64,000 bases of DNA, taken from NCBI GenBank assembly GCA_050010515.1, contig JBEKKX010000010.1, positions 1 through 64,000 of the forward strand. Reading direction: 5' to 3'. The stretch comes from Candidatus Bathyarchaeia archaeon. GTDB taxonomy: Archaea > Thermoproteota > Bathyarchaeia > Bathyarchaeales > Bathycorpusculaceae. The notes under the pieces are model-generated. The model did not search any database, was not told the origin of the DNA, and saw nothing but the letters and a program-made list of their open reading frames with translations. This document shows, one piece after another, positions 60,277 to 64,000 of the stretch. The position numbers and the translations under genes are program-made. How positions within the stretch are numbered: the stretch's first letter is position 1; the number at the start of each line of letters is the position of its first letter.

Positions 60277-60780
60277 TTAGCTGGCTTCGATTACTACGAC
60301 GCCTTCGACCCACCTTTGCGCATACTGATCATTACCTATGATAAGCCGAAATGGTCCTTCGCCACCGTTTTTGAGGGGCGTCAAGAGTTTGCCGTCTTTC
60401 TGGTAAGCAATTATGGTGTTTTGTCTCATTGCATCTTGCATTGAAATTGTAGTTCCGTAACCGTCTGAAGCTTGAATGTAAACTGAAGTGGCATTTGACG
60501 ATACATGGGCTTGTTCCAGCAGTGTTCCAAGAGGAACGCCCGTGTAGTTGAAGACGCCGTTAGCTGAAGGTTGACCGCTTGAGGATAAGGTAACTTGAAC
60601 AGTCACTGGTGTGAACGTTTGAAGTTGACTTAAAGTAACGTTCAAAGGATTGCTTACTTGTCCCTTGATCTGAAGGGTTCCTTCCTGCACCGCAGCTGGC
60701 CGCGTATAAAAATAGAGGGGAACTGCTGCCGCAACTAAAACAATAATCAATGCCAAGGCGATTTTTTTATTTTTGTTCAA
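60277..60780 (-). CDS. Membrane-anchored sulfite-oxidase-fold molybdopterin-binding domain protein lacking the Mo-ligating Cys
   Basis: N-terminal TM; L.I.G.V, YTGVPL, ASDGY, IAYQKDG, GPFRL, RWV; no Cys in the protein. Confidence 0.8.
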   Translation of the reverse strand: MNKNKKIALALIIVLVAAAVPLYFYTRPAAVQEGTLQIKGQVSNPLNVTLSQLQTFTPVTVQVTLSSSGQPSANGVFNYTGVPLGTLLEQAHVSSNATSVYIQASDGYGTTISMQDAMRQNTIIAYQKDGKLLTPLKNGGEGPFRLIIGNDQYAQRWVEGVVVIEAS

Positions 60781-61351
60781 TGTTTATTTTTCCTCCGAAA
60801 CCGATTTTTCCTATTCTAACGAGAAGCATGTTTGCGATGAATCCGCCTATGCTGCCGCTTATAGCAGCAATAACAGCCAAAAATGACAAGACAACCCAGG
60901 GTAATACGAGAACTAATGCGCCGACCAAGACGGTTCCGACAGCGTTAGCAATTGCCGTAGCTATCATACAGCAGGGTGCGCAGCATGCTTTGTGTCTTGA
61001 GAGCAGAAAGAAAGCGTCTATGGCTAAGCCTGGCGCAAGGTAGATGACGAATGATAAGAGCCCGAAGTTGCCGAAAGGCATGACTAAGCTGATGAATGCT
61101 TGAGTTAGCGAGGTCATTGAGGCAGCGCCTACCTTACGCACGAAGCCGAACGCCAAAACTGGCCACATCATGTAGACTCCGCCAGCGACGGCGCCAGCTG
61201 GAATGTAGAGTGGCTCGGTTATTACGGCAACGAGCGGGTGGACGATGTTTTTTGTTGCTAAGCCTAAACTGGCGAAGAGCGTCATTAGTACTAGGTCTAT
61301 GGTTGCGATTTTCAGGTTGCTTTTGTGCATGCTTGGAATGTTTGGATTCAC
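60767..61351 (-). CDS. ECF transporter S component (YkoE-like)
   Basis: About six TM, DLVLMTLFASLG, VRKVGAA, PGLAID; overlaps previous gene. Confidence 0.75.
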   Translation of the reverse strand: MNPNIPSMHKSNLKIATIDLVLMTLFASLGLATKNIVHPLVAVITEPLYIPAGAVAGGVYMMWPVLAFGFVRKVGAASMTSLTQAFISLVMPFGNFGLLSFVIYLAPGLAIDAFFLLSRHKACCAPCCMIATAIANAVGTVLVGALVLVLPWVVLSFLAVIAAISGSIGGFIANMLLVRIGKIGFGGKINIEQK

Positions 61352-61361
61352 GGCTCTACTC

Positions 61362-61385
61362 CGATGTTATCAGTTTGTAACATCG
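61362..61385. promoter_or_regulatory. Palindromic operator upstream of ECF S-component gene
   Basis: CGATGTTA-N8-TAACATCG, 10 bp upstream of the start codon. Confidence 0.6.
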
Positions 61386-61455
61386 CTAAATAAACCTTCT
61401 GCTAGAACAAAAATCTATATCTGTATTAATTACCCGTCAAAGGCTGCCTGTGCAA

Positions 61456-61785
61456 TCAAGGAAGTTCTTTCAAAACTCCGTCAAGCCGAGCCTGGGCTTT
61501 CCTATACCGCACAACTAGCTCTTTTCCGAAATCTGTAACCTCAGATGATCCGCCGCCCTTGGCTCCACCGCGAACCCGCGTAACCAGCGACTGCCCAAGA
61601 CGCTCCTCCGCCAAAGTGATCCTGTGCAATGCGTATCGATATGACATCTCCAAATGCTTTGAAGCCTCCAAAAGTGAATGATACTTTTCAATCGTCTCCA
61701 GCAACTCGGCTAAGCCGTCGCCGAAAACTGATTCACCCTTCTCGTTAACCATCCAAAGCTTAACCTCATAACGCAGGGGGCTCAC
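61456..61785 (-). CDS. ModE-family winged-helix regulator (DNA-binding domain only)
   Basis: VFGDGLAELLETIEKYHSL..ASKHLEMSYRYA..LVTRVRGGAKGGGSEVT. Confidence 0.88.
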   Translation of the reverse strand: MSPLRYEVKLWMVNEKGESVFGDGLAELLETIEKYHSLLEASKHLEMSYRYALHRITLAEERLGQSLVTRVRGGAKGGGSSEVTDFGKELVVRYRKAQARLDGVLKELP

Positions 61786-61843
61786 TAGGATTCACCAACG
61801 TTACTTAGAAGCGTTTAGAAGAATTAAGTTTAACGTTATTTTC

Positions 61844-62872
61844 TTACGCTTCTGTAACCTTAACGTTCTTGAGAACCTTGACGCTCCCGGCGCCTTCAGT
61901 CACGTAGCCAACTTTGAAATGTTTAACTTTCCGTTTATTCAACTCATCCTGCAAGTCATCTGAGTCTTCTTTAGCCACTGCGATTAGCATTCCTCCTGCA
62001 GTTTCCTTCGCTTCACCAGTCAACAATGGGTAACCGAAAAGTTCCGCCAAGATTGGCGTCCCACGAATCACCGCCAACTGATCAATCACAATGTCAACTT
62101 TGCCCAGAACCGCCATGTTTCCGGCATGACCTTTAAGACCAAAGCCTGTCACGTCAGTTGCTGCGTGAACTGGAACTTGCTGCATGGCTTCAGCAACCGG
62201 CTTATTAGAACTAATCATTTCATCAATGGCTTCATTAACAGCTGCTTCAACAAGTTCTTCTGGAACCTCTCTGAGTAATTCTCGTCCTTCATCCTCTTTC
62301 CTCAGTCTGTAGGCAGCCATCGCAGGCGCAATCCCAAGCGGCTTAGTCAAAAACAGCCTGTCACCCGCCTTCGCGCCACGGGTATACACAATCTTTTCGG
62401 GGTCACCAACACCAGTCGCTGCGCCACCAATAATTGGCCAAGGATTCCGAATCGTGTGACCGCCCAAAACGGGTGCACCCATTTCGCGGCAAAAATCCCC
62501 AAAACCCTTCAACATGCCCACAGCTAACTCGTCAGGCATGTTCTCGGGAAACGCCATAATCGACAAAACACTGACAATATTGGTAACCGCCAAAGCGTAA
62601 ATGTCACTCGTCACGTTGTTTCCAGCAATCCTGCCTTGAATTTCAGGTTCATCAACCATAGGAGTGAAGAAATCAAGCGTATTTAGTATTGCAAGGTTAT
62701 CGGCGATTTTTACTACGCTGGAGTTCTCCCAAGGACCAGCCAACACATCCTCGCCGAAATCAGCCGTCAAACCAGCTTTATCCAGCAATTCGCCTAACTG
62801 GTACTGTGGAAGCTTGCAACTGCAACCATGCACTGGAACAACTTTAGTTAACCTATAACCCAACCTTCTCAT
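61844..62872 (-). CDS. selD: Selenide,water dikinase (Cys form) / SelD-like protein
   Basis: HGCSCK, DFFTP, SDIYA, GGHTI, LTKPLG, TDVTGFGL.GH, ETAGGML. Confidence 0.9.
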   Translation of the reverse strand: MRRLGYRLTKVVPVHGCSCKLPQYQLGELLDKAGLTADFGEDVLAGPWENSSVVKIADNLAILNTLDFFTPMVDEPEIQGRIAGNNVTSDIYALAVTNIVSVLSIMAFPENMPDELAVGMLKGFGDFCREMGAPVLGGHTIRNPWPIIGGAATGVGDPEKIVYTRGAKAGDRLFLTKPLGIAPAMAAYRLRKEDEGRELLREVPEELVEAAVNEAIDEMISSNKPVAEAMQQVPVHAATDVTGFGLKGHAGNMAVLGKVDIVIDQLAVIRGTPILAELFGYPLLTGEAKETAGGMLIAVAKEDSDDLQDELNKRKVKHFKVGYVTEGAGSVKVLKNVKVTEA

Positions 62873-62910
62873 TTCTCCTAAACTTCAGTCCTCAGTTTTC
62901 TCATATAGGC

Positions 62911-63135
62911 TTAATATTTTTTTATTATTATTCGAAACTCATTCTCTGATTTGGACGTTTCAACCACTTCATGCCCATTATTTTTTACCCAACGCTGAAT
63001 ATTCTCAAACTCCAATTCGCCTTCACCAACCACCTCAAGCAACTGCCCAGAAGCCATGTTTCCGAGCTTGCGCTTTGTAAACGCTACAGGCATGGGGCAC
63101 ATTTTTCCCTTAACATCCAATCTTTCAATATCCAA
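62911..63135 (-). CDS. tusA: TusA/SirA-family sulfur carrier
   Basis: LDVKGKMCPMP. Confidence 0.88.
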   Translation of the reverse strand: MDIERLDVKGKMCPMPVAFTKRKLGNMASGQLLEVVGEGELEFENIQRWVKNNGHEVVETSKSENEFRIIIKKY

Positions 63136-63144
63136 AAATTGTCA

Positions 63145-63510
63145 CTAGAAAACTATTACCTTGTCACTATTAACTGTCCACTCAACAAGTTCATGGACAG
63201 TCGCGATTTTTACCCCATCAATCAAGTCAGCTTGGGTTAAGCCGCGTGCTTCAACGCAGACAACGCAGGCTTTCACTTCAGTACCGCCTTTCATTAAGTC
63301 TTCTAGCATTTGGCCGTAATTGATTAAGCCTGAAGCAGGTTTTTGCCCCTTTTTTGCAAGGTACACCCCGTTTTCAAACAACCAAATTCTTACTTTATGT
63401 CCTTCCACGTCGCAGGTCCAAGCGAATCTTAAAGCTGAGAGTGCACGTTCTTTTGCGTATGGGGCTTCATTTATTATTAATGTGAATGTTACCATGTCAT
63501 TCAACCTCAA
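63145..63510 (-). CDS. DsrE/TusD-family sulfur relay protein
   Basis: APYAKERALSALRFA, NGVYLA, CVVCVEARG, SDKVIVF. Confidence 0.85.
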   Translation of the reverse strand: MRLNDMVTFTLIINEAPYAKERALSALRFAWTCDVEGHKVRIWLFENGVYLAKKGQKPASGLINYGQMLEDLMKGGTEVKACVVCVEARGLTQADLIDGVKIATVHELVEWTVNSDKVIVF

Positions 63511-63528
63511 ATTTTCTTATGATAATTT

Positions 63529-63846
63529 TTATGTTTCTTCTTCAATCTTTACACAGATTTTGCCTGATATAATTTTATGCTCATAGATTGTTAACTTTAT
63601 CGCTGGTTCATCTTCATATTCGCCTGTTTTTAGATTAAAGCGCCACTCATGGCAAGGGCAAACAATTACTAAGCCCTCAAGGGTGCCGCCTGAAAAAGCA
63701 CAGCCCATGTGTGGACAGCGGTTGTCGATGGCGAAAATTTGGCCAGACTGTTTAATCAGTAAAACTGGTGAGCCTTCAACTGACACAAGCTTCATTGCGC
63801 CTTCTTGTAGATCTTTTTCTTTTAAAACAGGAACAAAATTACTCAT
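63529..63846 (-). CDS. Rieske [2Fe-2S] ferredoxin
   Basis: CPHMG...CPCHEWRF. Confidence 0.9.
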   Translation of the reverse strand: MSNFVPVLKEKDLQEGAMKLVSVEGSPVLLIKQSGQIFAIDNRCPHMGCAFSGGTLEGLVIVCPCHEWRFNLKTGEYEDEPAIKLTIYEHKIISGKICVKIEEET

Positions 63847-64000
63847 CTACTCAACTTCTGTCTCTGCCAGATGTTACTCGTTAATTATGAGATAAGTTTT
63901 GCGGCTTCTACCAATTACGTCGGAGAACTTGCCTTAGCCACCTTTAGGGTTATTCCGCGTTGGTTGTTTTGCGGGTCTCATTTACCTCTGAACTTTAAAA

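Noticed and set aside
451-63895. Numerous 60-145-aa ORFs antisense to or nested in recognised genes
   Set aside because: Shadow ORFs of real genes, without motifs

Overview
Archaeal chromosomal segment, most consistent with Bathyarchaeia. This is inferred from the short XPF, twin PurP, an EF-2 paralogue without the diphthamide loop, fwdDBAC, Mvh-type hydrogenase and an intron-containing tRNA; it was not tested by any search. Core content: group 3c [NiFe] hydrogenase genes (mvhG partial, mvhA), purE-purC-purP-purP, EF-2 paralogue plus OGG1-type glycosylase, AOR plus ferredoxin subunit, Rqc2, radA, msrB, lsrF, EF-1alpha, XPF and two tRNAs (CAU with intron, Pro-CGG). An accessory region at about 43.2-50.4 kb holds a tRNA-Pro att-like duplication, a ~160-bp imperfect inverted repeat bracketing a 4.3-kb cassette, and an AbrB/PIN toxin-antitoxin pair. 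A 13-kb Mo/W-pterin locus holds fwdDBAC, fdhD, moeA, mobA, two mobB, a Cys-less membrane-anchored sulfite-oxidase-fold protein, an ECF S-component, a ModE-like regulator, selD, tusA, dsrE and a Rieske protein. Best candidates for undescribed biology: (1) an ECF-type Mo/W-cofactor salvage module, (2) a SelD-TusA-DsrE chalcogen relay linked to Mo/W-cofactor maturation, (3) the helically phased inverted-repeat element. Several genes missed or truncated by the ORF track were read by hand. All family assignments come from motif recognition, not database searches.
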